A program made the position numbers and the translations under genes. A DNA stretch of 64,000 nucleotides, taken from positions 43,462,001-43,526,000 of the forward strand of contig OX597825.1 in the NCBI GenBank assembly GCA_951406725.2, given 5' to 3'. The notes beneath the pieces are model-generated. The model saw only the letters and a program-made list of their open reading frames with translations, was not told the DNA's origin and did no database searches. Origin of the DNA: Octopus vulgaris (Eukaryota). This document shows, in pieces, positions 10,745 through 29,060 of the stretch. Position 1 is the first letter of the stretch, and each line of letters starts with the position of its first letter.

Positions 10745-13700
10745 ACCGCCTAAAAGAAGACATAAATTTTGTTTCCGTTTTAGTTGGAGAATTGTTCTCT
10801 GTCAACGAAAATGTCAGTATCCATAAGGTCGCTTGGCTAGGAAGATTCCAAGCGAACTCAACCTCAGACACTAGACCACGCCCAATAAGAGTAATCTTTT
10901 CTTCCGATCAGAAGGCTTCAACCTTTCTGAACAGAGCTCAGACGCATGCCTGGGAGGACCCCAATATGGGTTTTCGCGAGGAATATTCACTGAGAGAGAG
11001 AATTCGCCGGAGAAACCTAATATCCGAACTGAAGATGAGAAAACGGATGGGAGAGAAGGGTTTACGCATCCAAGATGGAAAAATAATCAAGTCCTACCTC
11101 TGGTCGCATGCTGTAGTGCTGACAGGGAGAGTGAATTGAGGGCAAATCGAAGCAAAGTAGATGCCCCCGTCAACGATGCTATCTCTGATACCCCTTATTC
11201 TGCTTGTTCCCCAACTCCCGCCACTCAAACTTCACAGCTCAGCATCGTCTATACCAACTCGTGCTCCTTATTTCCAAAGTTCAGCGAACTATTTACACTG
11301 GCCATGCGTGACTCCCCTGATGTGATAGCTATCACCGAGACTTGGCTGACTCCAGCAGTAAAGGACTCAGAAATCCACCTACAGGGCTACGCCCTCTTCA
11401 GATGTGACAGAGAAAAAAGGCGAGGTGGAGGTGTTGCTGTGTATGTTAAATCTGATCTCAAACCGTCCAGCGGTATTCTACCCACTAATGCTCAACCTAC
11501 AACAAAATTCGATGCCGTCTATTGCAAGCTGAGCCTATCCGGGTTTTGCCTGTCCGTGTGAGCTGTCTACAGGCCGCCTCTTGCCGACCCCCAGGACGAT
11601 GCTCACTTACTCGAAGCGATAAGATTCGTTTCAGCTTCTCATGACTGTTTGATATTAGGAGACTTCAACGCTCCCACGATCGATTGGCCCGCATCAATTT
11701 GTACATCATCTTCCCGGTTCGGCCAGGCCCTTCTTGACGTGGCTGAAGATTGTTTCCTATCGCAACATGTTGAATATCCGACAAGGCATCGGTCTGAGCA
11801 GCAGCCATCTATGCTGGATCTGGTATTCTCCCGCTATCCAAGATCAGTGTCAGACGTATCTGTGTGCGCCTCTCTTGCCAAGAGTGATCATGCGGTCCTG
11901 AAGTTCGTCATGCACACAACTTTTTCTACGCCCACGACTACTTCGCAGCCACGTAGAGTCTTCTCTGCAATTAATCTTGAAATTGTAACCGAGGCTTCCG
12001 CGCTTCTGGACTGACGATACCTGATGACGTTGTCCTCAGTTGACGAACTATGGTCATCCCTCAAAGCATATGTAATCTGGTTGACTGACCAGGCAGTTCC
12101 CGTTGGGCTTCCCAAGAAGAAGAAACACAAGCCCTGGGTGACGAAGAAGGGTAAACGAGAACCTCGACTCAGAGATATTGCTTGAGCTGAATTCAAAAAT
12201 CTGGATTCGACTGCAGCTTTTGAGATGTACAAAACTCAACGAGACCGAACCGTGAAAATTGAAAAGGAAGAACGCTTCAGATATGAATACAAAATCGCAG
12301 CAAACGCCAGTAGCAATCCAAAACCCTTCTTTGCCCATGTCCAACGGAATTCCCGCTTGAACAACCAAATTGCAACGTTGGTAGACTCAACCGGCGTATC
12401 GATTGAGGACCCTTATCAATAGAGTCAATTATTTGCCGAGGCTTTTTCAACTATTTTCAAACAAGATGACGGTCGTGAACCCCCTCCATTTGATAGATCG
12501 GTACCTCCAATGCTTCGACTGGTCATCACATGGGACGAAGTCAAACACGTTATTCAAGGCCTCGATGTCAACAAGGCTCACAGCCCTGACGGCATACACC
12601 CACGGGTTATCAAAGCGTTGGCTCCAGTCATCTGCGAGCCCTTAACACGTCTATTCAATATGTCATTGGCGACGGGTGTTATACCTGCGGCCTGGAGAAC
12701 AGCGATAATCTGCCCAATTTTCAAGAAAGGGAGCCGCGAAGACCCGCTTATCTACCGACCGGTTTCCCTTACTTCAATAATCAGCAAGATGTTCGAAACC
12801 ATCCTTAAAAAGAGTATGATGATCCACCTCCTAAACACAGCCTCTATCTCTGATTCCCAACACGGCTTCGTGCTGAAGAGATCATGCTTGACCAACTTAC
12901 TGGTAATGGAAGAATTGATGACGCGCATCCTCGATGATAGTGATGCTGTTGACATCGTTTTATTGGACTTTGCCAAAGCTTTTGACTCGGTAAACCACCG
13001 CCTATTACTTGTCAAGATTCAAGCATATAGTTCCCACCCGGATATTGTACGATGGGTTGGTGCCTTCCTCTCAGATCGCTCCTTCCAAGTCCAAGTTAAT
13101 GGTTCGCGGTCCGACGTCTCCAGTGCGAGCAGTGGCGTACCTCAAGGTTCAATGCTTGGGCCCTTATTGTTCTTAGTCTTCATAAATGACTTGCCCGACG
13201 ACCTGGCGCAACACACCCTTCTATTTGCCGACGATGTCAAACTGCTCGCTCCTCGCGGTGATATAGAGGATCTTCGTCGATGCCTCCACCAAATTTGAAG
13301 GTGGTCTAACGAATGGGACCTGTGTCTGAACTTGTCAAAGTGCTGTCATCTGCCTGTTGGCTCTCCTCCTGCAACTCAACTTGTTTTCGAGCCGGGTCGT
13401 CTGCTGCTGGAGAGGACCGATCAGGTAAAGGACCTGGGTATCTTGGTGGATTCCTCATTTTCGCCTTCGGCCCAGTGCGTCCATGCTGCCAACAAAGCAC
13501 GCGGAATTCTGTTCTTGATTCGACGGTCATTCGGAATGCTCACAGCAGCCATATTCCTACCGCTCTATGTCACGCTGGTGAGACCCATATTGGAGTACGG
13601 GATTCAAGCCTCTTCTCCTTATCTCCTCAAAGACATACAGCATCTCGAAAGAGTCCAGAAGCTGGCTACCCGCATGGTTCATGGTCTCAAGAATTTGTCT

Positions 13701-14102
13701 TATGAAGAAAGACTGAAGACGCTCGACCTTTATTCTCTAGAAAAACGCCGCCGCCCTGGTGATCTCATTCTCGCTCACAACATCATAAGCGGAAAGTGTA
13801 ACCTCTCGAAAGAGCTGTTCTTCACTCCTGCTCCAGAGCGTCGGCTGCGGGGTCATTCCGAAAAGCTCTATCTGCGACGATTTCATCTCAATCGAAGGAG
13901 AGGGGCTTTCTCCGTCCGGGTTGCGGATCCGTGGAACAAGCTGCCAGACGAGATGGTGAAGATGCCGACGACCGCTTTGTTCAAAGTCTCCCTTGACCTC
14001 AAGTGGCCTGAACTCTTTACATGAGCACCACCCTGTACATAACTCCATGTACCCTACATGGCCTTGCTTTTTGCTTTTTGAGCAAAAAATTAACTAACTA
14101 AC
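10745..14102 (+). mobile_element. CR1-clade LINE, 5'-truncated in ORF1; ORF2 (APE and RT) in one frame with 5 nonsense codons
   Basis: ORF1 tail RPRPIRVIF; APE motifs YTN, AITETWL, VYRPP, GDFNAP, LDLVFS, SDH; RT motifs YRPVSLTS, LDFAKAFD, GVPQGSMLGP, FADD; C-terminal LRGH..WNKLP; (TAAC)n tail then (ATAC)n. ORF pieces at 11136, 11649, 12225, 12510 and 13332 share a frame. Confidence 0.95.
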
Positions 14103-14290
14103 ATACATACATACATACATACATACATACATACATACATACATACATACACGTGGCTGTGTGGTACAAAACTTGTTTCCCAACTGCATGGTTCCAGGTT
14201 CAGTCCCACTGCGTGAGACCTACTTTAGTCTCGAGCCGACTAAAGCTTTGTGAGTGGATTTGGTAGACGGAAACCGAAAGAAGCCCATTG

Positions 14291-14324
<34 letters not shown>

Positions 14325-14350
14325 TGTGTGTGTGCGTGCGTATGTGTGTG

Positions 14351-15271
14351 TATAGAGCAATAAGAATATGGAGGGGATGAATAGGTGGTATTCATCATTG
14401 GTTATCAATTAACCAACCATAACTGAGGCAAAGTCATTCAAAACAATTGATGACCAATTAGATTACGAAATTGAGCATAAATAACCTCTCCCCACTTCCC
14501 GCAAGATTTCAACTACTGCATAAGGAAACAAAATAACGGAGAAATAAACATATCACGTTTATATGAATATATATATAAGTTTGTGTATTATTGTTATAAT
14601 TATATTGTATAATTATAATGATACAAACTACTGCACTTATCCACCCTTCTAAACACATGTAATACGTATGTACCTATGAGTATGCTTGAACGGAAATATA
14701 TATGTATGTGTATGTGTGTGTGTGTGTGTGTGGTGTGTGTGTCCCTCATGTATATGCAGTTTCCCTCTTACATACCTAAATTAACTTTAAGATATATTGA
14801 TTTTATAAATTATAATATTACTCCTCTTATAACTTTCTCATACCTCTGTTTATATTTTATCTAATATATGAATAATATATGCATCTAATAATAATAATAA
14901 TAGTTGAATCTTGTGTATGCATATACATGCAAATATGTATGTACATTTAAGTGTAAGTATATATATATTTATGTAATATTCAGGTATGTGTATGTATATG
15001 TATAATTATGTATATGTGTGTGTATTTACATTTATAACTTAATCTGAAACAGCTGTAAGATATTTTCCCAATTTCTATTCCTGTACGTTATATATTTTAA
15101 TAATTACTGGTATCTTTATATATTATATATGTAAAGCATAATATGTTATACTATATGTATATTGTTGTAATTGTCATTTTAGTAAATAAATAAATAAATT
15201 GACGTAATATAATGTCTAAAAGTTGATGAATACCACCTATTGATCCCCTCCATTTTTCTTATTGCTCTATA
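14351..15271. repeat. AT-rich element bounded by ~47-bp inverted repeats, PLE-like
   Basis: TATAGAGCAATAAGAATATGGAGGGGATGAATAGGTGGTATTCATCA (14351-14397) is the near reverse complement of 15224-15271; half hammerhead GAAACAGCTGTA at 15046. Confidence 0.7.
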
Positions 15272-15439
15272 AATTAATCGTAAAATAACTCTTTACCCTC
15301 ACCCATTTAGTACACTCGATGTAATTGCAATGCAATAAAAAAACACTTGTGTATTAATGACTAGGTATTCTACCAGCAGTCTATTAGATAGATATTACCC
15401 CTTAGTTGGTTGGATTCACAACCTCTAACTTTCATGAAA

Positions 15440-15516
<77 letters not shown>

Positions 15517-15700
15517 TTTGTGTATGTCCACCATCACAGCTTGACAACCGCTTTTGCTGAGTTTATGTCAGCGTAACCTAGCGGTTTGATAGTATAAGTA
15601 CTAGGGTTAAGAAATATGTCCTGGGGTCGATTTGGTCGACTGAAACCCTTCAAGGCGGTGGTCCAGCATGGCTGCAGTCAAATGACTGAAACAATTAAAA

Positions 15701-15778
<78 letters not shown>

Positions 15779-15780
<2 letters not shown>

Positions 15781-17625
15781 ACATCTGACCATAAGTTTTA
15801 TAGAATATTTAATAGAAGATCGCTTAAGATCAGCTATTCTTACTGCAGAAACTTCGCCTCTTTTATTAACCAACACAACAGTAGGATAATTGCTAATAAT
15901 CATAGTGCCGATTCTCTTCTTAAAAATTGCAATTGCAAAGATCGGACCTCCTGTCCTTTGGAAGGAAAATGTCTGGAGAAAGGAATCGTGTATAGAGCCA
16001 AGGTGCATTTAGAAGGCTCACGCGCATATAGAACTTATACAGGGGCTTCTGAAAATTCTTTTAAAACCCGATTTTGTTCGCATAGAAATTCTTTCAGATA
16101 CCCCGAAAATAAGACGAAGACAAGCCTGGCAAAATATGTCTGGGAAGTAAAAGAAAAAGAAACCCGACTTTTCAACGTGACAGTGAGTATTTTAGATAGA
16201 GTTGCACCTTACAGGCACGGTGCACACGAAATACCCATCAAATGTACTTTATGCCTGCTGGAAAAATATTTTACTTTATTCCAGGACAATAACTCTTTAA
16301 ATCAAAGACGCGAACTCTTGAAGTCCTGCAGACACGCAACTAAATTTTAAAATGTCAGCTAACAATATACCATATGGATAGTGTACATATTGTTTTGATT
16401 TTTGGACTAGTTTTTAATCACACTGTTGGATTTGTTTCTTATAATATATAACTTATTTCGCATCGCAAAGTTATTTCGACATACTTCTTAGGAAAAACCT
16501 TCGACGGTTTTATGCAATTATTATTTTCTTGTTTCAGATTCTACTTTTATTTTATTTTATTTCATTTTATTGTATTTTATAAACCCATTTCAATCGTTTA
16601 ATTTTTAGGTTATATGATATAGGGTGTTCTATTTTGCATGTCTTTTATCCGAATTTTATTATTATGCACTCAGCAATTTTTTAAAATATTGTTTGTATAT
16701 AAACACGTCAGGACCTAGATACGTTTTTATGTGGGTGTTTTTATTGTTGGCATGCATATGTATTCGTATGTATGCGTTTAGGTAAGCAAGCGTGTATGTT
16801 TATACTTGTGCACATACATACATGGATGTATGTGTATGCATGTAATCACTTATATTTGTGTGGATGTGTATTTACGTACATATTTCCATATATTGATATA
16901 TGTGATCTTATATGAGTATTTATGCCAATATACACATTTGTACACACTTGTATACGTAATTTTATTTTGTGTACATTCGTTACACATACTCAGCCTCCTA
17001 TCTTTCTTTCTTCCATCTTTTCCTTTCCTTACGGAAAGTATTTTTCTCCCCTATTCGTTACTGATATAGAGTCCTTTAACTTTGCGTTCCTCTCCCCTCC
17101 TCACTCACCTCTTTCTCTCACTAACCGTTACATCTAAGATCCATTCTTTCCTTTATCTTTCCCCCACTCTGCGTTTTAAAATTTACTTCTCGTTTATATG
17201 TATACACCAAGTGATCTCTGCATGCGAGCATGATTGCGTACATATGAATAAATATGTATATGTGTATGTATTTGTGTGTATATTTTCGTTTGTATATGTT
17301 TGTAGTCTGTGTACATCTATCTGTGTATTTTGATATATATTGCAATATGTATTTTGAATCCGCTTTTCGATTTAAGGTTTACCTCGATTTTTATAATAGA
17401 ATGAATTTATATTGAATTCATTTATTTTGTTTATTTTGTTCATTGCATGCTTAAGATCGTTAATTGAAAGGACTCATAAAACAAATCCATGGTTAAAGGC
17501 ATATCCTTTTACTAGTTTTGATCATATCGTTATTTCTGTTCTTTTTTAACAAAACTGTCCGACGAACGGGAACGTGAAACTCTGAGTAACAGCTTTTGTT
17601 ATATTTCTGCTGCTTTAAAAAAAAG
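15779..17625 (+). mobile_element. 5'-truncated Penelope-like element: GIY-YIG endonuclease, long 3' region and hammerhead
   Basis: Open frame to 16350: IFNRRSLKISYS..CNCKDRTSCPLEGKC..GIVYRAKV..YTGASENSFKTR..H..CTLCLLEK..LNQRRELLKSCRH; (TA)n on both flanks. Confidence 0.85.
17548..17600 (+). ncRNA. Type-I hammerhead ribozyme motif (U4C core variant)
   Basis: aacaaaactgt-CCGACGA-acg(ggaa)cgt-GAAAC-tctga-GTA-acag(c)ttttgtt. Confidence 0.75.
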
Positions 17626-17659
<34 letters not shown>

Positions 17660-18359
17660 TATATACTTATAAATAAACATACACACACACACATATATAT
17701 ATATCGGTAGAAAAATCTCAGACAGATGTCAATAAAGCACTCATTTCTAAACGAAATTGTTTATCCATATTGAACAATTAGACACCAATAAATGCCAGTA
17801 GAATATACGTCGAAGGTAAATCATTAGATTTGCTAAGTTGATCCAAACATAATTTAGAAGAATTTCGAGTAACTCGGTGTATTTCACAACAAAAATACAG
17901 ATAGAGAAGAATATGACATCTTAATTGGAGAATTCACCATACAAAGCCAACCATTGTTTATGTTGTATAAATATATCTAGTTGTAGAAAGTATCATTGAA
18001 ATTAATATATCCGAAAATACGTGCTAACACGAAGTTTTCAAGGTGATCCAAAATGAAAGTAAACTCAGGAAATATCTCCTGTACACAAATGCATACAAAA
18101 AGAACGTTAAGAAGAAACATAGTCTAAGAAAAGCGTTTTTTGTATCCCTCTCTTGGTGCCGTCAATTCATAACGAAAAAATAAAAAATAAACATAAGAAT
18201 CCTACGTTACGACAATTAGTTATTTATATCTTGAATAGCAAAAATTTATTTGGAAAAATTACGCTTATTATATTACATATCAAAAGCAATTATAATTAAG
18301 CACTGAAATATTCAAATGTCTTCCGAAATTTGTGACAAAATTTGTTTGTAAAATTTTCA

Positions 18360-18730
18360 TTGAAATTTAATAAATTTAATAGTAGAAGTAATTATATAAT
18401 ACATTTCTTCAAGGCAATAATCACTAATATTGCACGATTGTGCGTAACTAATAATGGACCACTTTAAATCATACTTAATATTCCTATCTTTTAAATCGTA
18501 AATACATTTGCTAAAATTTGTAGAATTACTTGTAGAATTACTGGATATAAATGAATGAGAATCATTATGAAATCTAAATCTTCAAATTGTAATAGATGAA
18601 CCATGTTATAATACTTATGACGCACTGTTATTACCTTGCGCTGACAGACTATATTTTTCCTTAGAAATTGATTTTCTAAAGGGCATACAAGTTTGTTTTT
18701 ACAATTACACAGACATTTATTCACTTGTAT
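18360..18730 (-). mobile_element. Degraded PLE GIY-YIG endonuclease fragment
   Basis: CNCKNKLVCPLENQFLRKNIVCQ matches the motif in the 15779-16350 copy. Confidence 0.7.
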
Positions 18731-18814
18731 TTAGTACTCAAGATTAAAAGAATTCTTATCAGGCCTCCTTTCAGAATGAGATGTTAAGGCGGGGTTATTA
18801 TTATTATTATTAAT

Positions 18815-19252
18815 ACGGCATAAAGCTGGCAGAATCGTTAGCGCGCTGGGTGAAATGCTTGGCAGTTTTTCGTCTGCAGCTACATTCTCAGTTCAAATCC
18901 CGCCGAGATCGACTTTGCTTTTCATCCTTTCGGGGTCGAAGAAATAAGTACCAGTTACGCACTTGGGTCGATATAATCGACTAGCCTCCTTTCCCCAAAA
19001 TTTTCAAGGCCTTGTGCCGAGAGTAGAAATAATAATTATTATTATGAATACGGCGTAAAGCTGGCAGAATCGTTAGCGCGCCGGATGAAATGCTTAGTGG
19101 TATTTTGCCCGTCGCTACGTTCTGAGATGAAATTCCACCAAGGTTGACTTTACCTTTTATCTATTCGAGGTCGATAAAATAAGTACCAGTTAAGCACTTG
19201 GGTCGATGTAATCAACTCATCACCTCCCCTCGAAATGCTGCCCGTTGAAACC
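18815..19252 (+). mobile_element. Two tandem family-B SINEs
   Basis: AATACGGCRTAAAGCTGGCAGAATCGTTAGCGCG at ~18812 and ~19047, each followed by GGTCGA..AATAAGTACCAGTT. Confidence 0.8.
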
Positions 19253-20213
19253 ATTGTTATAATAACTAATTTAAAAACTTGATGTTAACTTTATTATCAG
19301 AGCCGGAATTACTTTTATTTAAAGAATCGAAATCTAGTTTACGAAAAATTATAAGTGTTAATTTCCCAATAAACATTATCGATTCTACTCGTTTCCAGAT
19401 TTTGAGTTGAAATATTTCCTAATTCTCTGTTTATTATATATGTGTATAAGCTTTTATTCGTCTCAGTTTTAGCTTTTCCAGAAAGAAGGCAGATTATTTG
19501 AGAGGAGTTGTCATGAAGTGCATATAAGCCAGAAGTGAGTTTAAGTGCGTCGCAGTAACATTACATATATGCTATTTCTACAATAAAAGAATACATCGAC
19601 ATACAGAATAAATAGCTGAAAGATATAAATTATTGCAATTGACACACAAGTTCAAAGACGGACCTCAACTTGCTACAAATAGAAAGCAATCCACCTGAGA
19701 ACACAACAGGTTTAAATTTTAAATGTTATTTAGGGGTATGAAGTCTGTCATGTAGTCAAATTGGATGGTCATTGATAAAATATCAATGGTTTGGTCAGCT
19801 GGAGCTGGGATAGTGCTATGTAACAATACCAATAACAATAACGATACCATTTTATCGATGTCGTTGCAGAGAAAATGTATGTTAACCTCTGCATATGTCC
19901 AGGACTTTATACAGACAAATATTCTTAATACATTTTTTAATTCAAATAAAAAAATTTATACATTTTATACATTACACATCTGAAGGAAATTAAAGAAAAT
20001 TCTCACGTTGATTATACAAATACCTGATTAACTTGAATTGAAAACCTGGATATAGTTTACAAAGATAATGTTTTATGATTTGTCGTAATACAATCGTGTT
20101 ATTAGTGTGTATATACGCTTGAGCGTGTACTTATATATATGTATATATATATAGAGAGAGAGAGAGACACACACACACGCACATATATATATGTATATAT
20201 ATATACATATATG

Positions 20214-20280
<67 letters not shown>

Positions 20281-20807
20281 GCGCGCTCACACACACACAC
20301 ACACACAACGGTTTTGGAGTTATTTGTGTAAAGATGGCTCTTAAACGTTTTTACAATATATTCAAATATGAGAATGGTTGGCTTTCCGCGCTATATTGAT
20401 ATACGGTGATATAAATACACATTCCTGTAAACGCATCTTTTCTCGTATAACAATAAATATGGATCTATGCATTTGTTTTGAGTAAGTGAAAATCTTGCCA
20501 TTATCTTTTTATTCTTGTTTACATAAATTTACATACTGACATATGTATTCACGATTACTCACGATTGCGTTAATGTGTATGTGATTGAATAGGTCGGGGA
20601 ACGCGAGAGAGGAGACAAGAACGTAGCTTGTATATATGTATATTGATTGTGTAACTTATAATCAATACAATTGTTTATATATCATTCAACAAATATTTCT
20701 TTCCTTTGTTTAGTGTGTATATATATGAGTATATTTAGGAATATATATATATATATATAAACATTCATATATTCATAGTCACATGCACAGACAAGCGCGC
20801 ACACCTA

Positions 20808-20869
<62 letters not shown>

Positions 20870-21125
20870 TGTGTATGTATCTGTGTGTATCATAATGTTA
20901 AACCTAGCACAGATTTTTAGCTATAAGCGGATGCAAACATACATACAGAGAGTTAATATATTCTGATTTAAAGAAAATTTTTCAACACACATGAATGTGA
21001 ATAACATATGCATATATATGCATATGTATATGTGTGTTAATTTATATATGTGTGTGAGTGTATGTATGGGAGTATCTAATAATCTATGTCTGCGTGTATG
21101 TGTGTACGTATGCATGTATGGATAG

Positions 21126-25176
<4,051 letters not shown>

Positions 25177-25312
25177 CCTGCTCGCTTAGCCAGCGGGGTG
25201 GCGTCATTCGAAGGCTAAAACAATGCAAACGCATTGTGACCAGCGATGTGTAACAACATCTGATGGTTTGGTTGGTCACGTTATCACGTGATATATATAT
25301 ACAGTATATATA

Positions 25313-25477
25313 GGCGCAGGAGTGGCTGTGTGGTAAATAACTTGCTTAACAACTACATACTGCCAGGTTCAGTACAACAGCGCGGTACCTTGGGCAAGTG
25401 TCTTCTACTAACGCCTTGTGAGTGGATTTGATAGACGGAAACTTAAAGAAGCCTGTCGCATATATATAAATATATAC

Positions 25478-25533
<56 letters not shown>

Positions 25534-25745
25534 CTGTGTGTGTGGTTATGTTTCTATGCTTATATTTGTCACCCCTTCAATCGCTTCACAGCCGATGCTG
25601 GTGTGTTTACATCCTTGTTCGGCAAGAGAGCGATAGAATAAGTACTCGACTTACAAAAAATAAGTCCTGGGGTGAATATGTTCGACTAAAGACTGTCTCC
25701 AACATGGCCGCAGTCAAATAACTGAAGCAAATATAAGAATAAAAT
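25313..25745 (+). mobile_element. Full-length family-A SINE with internal (TG)n
   Basis: Head GGCGCAGGAGTGGCTGTGTGGTAA, body TTGGGCAAGTGTCTTCTACTA, tail CATGGCCGCAGTCAAATAACTGAA. Confidence 0.8.
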
Positions 25746-25814
25746 AATGCCTACATTATACATATATAATTTCCAAAATTCGTGTTACCTCTTATTTGAT
25801 GAATTGTGAAATAT

Positions 25815-25884
<70 letters not shown>

Positions 25885-25910
25885 CAGAGACAGATGTATA
25901 TGTAGATATA

Positions 25911-25993
<83 letters not shown>

Positions 25994-27426
25994 TCACATA
26001 TATTTATATATACACGCACATATACATACATACATGTGTGAATTCGAATTTGTATGGATGTGTGTAAATGTGCGTGCGTATATATCTCAGGTTTGTAAGT
26101 TTGGCTATAAGTACATGCATGTGTGTGTACGCGTGTGTGCGTGTGCCCACCCGCGTGTGAGTGTTTACATATTGTGTGGACATGGGTATGTAGCGAAAAA
26201 GAAGGAAGCTTCTGTTTTTTCTCTTTTTTTTTTTCTATTTTACATCCTCCAGTTATTATTCAGTTTTTCTGTTTTCATTTCATACTGTTTTTTTAAACAA
26301 ATTCCTTTATTTGATCGATATTCTTCTATTCTTTTGTTCTTGGTTTTTAGTACTTTGTTTCCAAGCATAATATCTGTTTCAACATTCATTTTAAAACATT
26401 TCCTTTCTCTTGAAACAATTTTATTTTTATTTCCTTACTATTTTCTTTCTTTCTTCTTTTTGCTTTTTTATTCATTTCTGTTTTCTTTTTGCTTTATTTA
26501 TTTATCAAGTTAATCAATTTATTATTTTCGAGGAAATTCTTTAGCAGAAAAGCATTCCCATTAAATTTTTCCGAATTATAGTAGGATATTGGAAGAAAAG
26601 ACTTATATATCTCGGATAGTCTGATTGCTGCTCTCTGATTGCTGCTGCTGCTGCTGCTACTGCTATGCATCACATCATTACCATTGAGGATATATATTTT
26701 GTGGGAGGTGGCTTTCGTGTTGTTATTGCTGTCTTATATATTAAAAATATTATTTCTGTTCTTTTTGCTCTTTGTACGTTTGCTCTTGGTAATTGCATCG
26801 TTGTTGTCTTTTAATGTCGCATCTGTTTGGGATTTTATTTTGTATTATTGAAGCTATAAATAATGGCTGAATTTACTATGCTGTTATTGTTTGTGTTGGC
26901 ATTTTTATTGATATTATTGCTGGTGATTTTCCTTATATGCTGTGTTTCATATAATGGCAAAGCTGTTCTTGGAAACATTGATAGAGCTGCATGTTTTGTT
27001 ATTGTTTCTAACATATATGGTGTTTCTCTTCCTCCTGCCTTGATTTACGTTGAAGCTATATTACTTGCTGATGCTGGTAATGTTCCTGGCTCTATTGATG
27101 CTGGATTTGCTACTGACGCTTCCTTTTTAGACAATAGCAATGCGAAAATACTAAGATACCGGAAAAATTACAATCTTGTTCTAATTATCTAAATATCCAT
27201 CCTAAATAAATATTGGTACCAAATCTTTGGTAAAAGGCCAGCAATTTCGGAGGAGGGAATAATTCGATTACATTTATCCAAATGTTCAACTGTTACTTTA
27301 TCGACACAAACACTAACACCACAACTATTAAAGGAATTTGAACTCAAGAAAAAAACAGGCGACATGCCTCTATGCATTTTGCCCTGGGTGTTAATATTCT
27401 GCGAGCTCGCCACCTTATCCTGAATA

Positions 27427-27625
27427 GCTATTGGCTTCAAATTTTGGCACAATACTAGCAATTTGTAGGTAGAGGTTAAGTCGATCACATCGACTCGAGT
27501 GCTGAACTTATTTTATCGACCCCGAAAGGTATATGGCAAAGTCGACATCGCCGGACTTTGAACTCAGGACGAAATGCCGCTAAGCATTTTACCCAGTATT
27601 CTAACGATTTTGCCAGTTTGCTACT
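27427..27625 (-). mobile_element. Family-B SINE
   Basis: Same motifs as the 8184 copy; flanked by TTATCCTGAATA and TTATCCTAAATA. Confidence 0.65.
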
Positions 27626-28336
27626 TTATCCTAAATAAATATTTCAAAGAAGAATGTGGAAACGCTAAAAGGACTTCACTGATCTTGCTCTGATCAAAAT
27701 TATTATGGCACTTGCACAATGTAAGCTTTCAATTTGTGATTGCTATAACTGGACTGCAACGTAACCATTTCTGTAATGACATTGTTAGACTACATATAAG
27801 TAGAGATATACAAACTTTCTTGAGAATAATAATACCATTAGTACAATTTCATAGAAAATTTTTGAGCCTTGAAACAATTCTAGGGAGTATGTCCAATATG
27901 TACTGATACCTTTCTGAAAGAAACTACGTACTGAGCTGTTCTCCCTCATTAATAAGTATGGTGATAATCATATTTTATAATATGATAAGAAAGATAGAAA
28001 ATTGAAGGTTTCATTCCTTTACAACAGCATACTTTATCGATTTTGAGGTTAAGCGACAACAAAGGGCAAAATCAATCTTTCTGAAAGTAACCAGAATACA
28101 ACCAGGCATACTCGTTGCACTATCGGTTCTGCCATAAAGATTTTTACTCTGTCTCGATTCGCATTTATTAATTTGTAATATCGTAATATTTCCTCATTAT
28201 TACTTGCTAAAACAATGCCCTCGCCCCACAGATATCGGTGCACTTATTTTTATTGTATGGACAAAGCTCAGAATATTATAGAGAATATGACTAAACGCTA
28301 CCTCTGTGTAGCTAAGTCTATATATATGCTCTGTGT

Positions 28337-28396
<60 letters not shown>

Positions 28397-28444
28397 GTGT
28401 GTCTGTGTCTGTGTGTGTGTCTGTATTTGTTTGTCTTCTTTTGG

Positions 28445-29060
28445 TCCATTATAAGTTCCATAGTGCTACAGATATCTTTACACAAAATTTTGAACCAAAG
28501 ACAAAGGGTCAATTCATGCAACGGAAACATCCCCTCTTCGCTTGGTCCAAAGAAAACCGAGGTTGGTTCATCTGCAGGGGAGGTGATAGCCTCAGATTTT
28601 TTGCTATGCAAAAGGCATTGTTTTTTTTTTACTTTCCTCAAAAGGGTCACACTATCAATGGGAAGTACTATACCAAACTACTGAGGCACTTAAGAAAGAC
28701 TATTAAGAGCAAACGCCTGGGAAAACTGACAGGAGTCTTGCTTCGTCAGGACAATGCCCCATCACACAGGTTCTGATGTGAGTGACTATGGCTTTGAACT
28801 TGTTGATTGCCCACCCTATGCTCCTACTTTGTCCTCCTCTAACTGTCATCTAGTCTGCAACCTGAAAAAAGAAACAAAAAACGCTTCGGTGGTAAACAGT
28901 ATTGCGGAGATGATGACATCATGTCACCTGCTGATGAATTGTTTGACCAACAGGATGAAACTTTCTTCACCAATGGGATTCAAGCTTTGCAACCCTGATG
29001 TAAGTGTGTGCACGGCAAGAAGATCTATGTTCAAACATAAAGCTTGACTGTTCACATACC
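28445..29060 (+). mobile_element. Mariner transposase remnant, catalytic half
   Basis: FEPKTKGQFMQ, KGHTINGKYY, LLRQDNAPSH, CPPYAPTLSSS (HPPYSPDLAPSD-like). Confidence 0.8.

Noticed and set aside
15616-15778. 244-aa ORF starting upstream of the GIY-YIG domain
   Set aside because: The N-terminus is a SINE tail plus (TA)n read in frame by chance; only 15779-16350 is real coding sequence.
26600-27192. Hydrophobic membrane-like ORFs
   Set aside because: They follow from T-rich low complexity; the opposite strand has stops and no motif.
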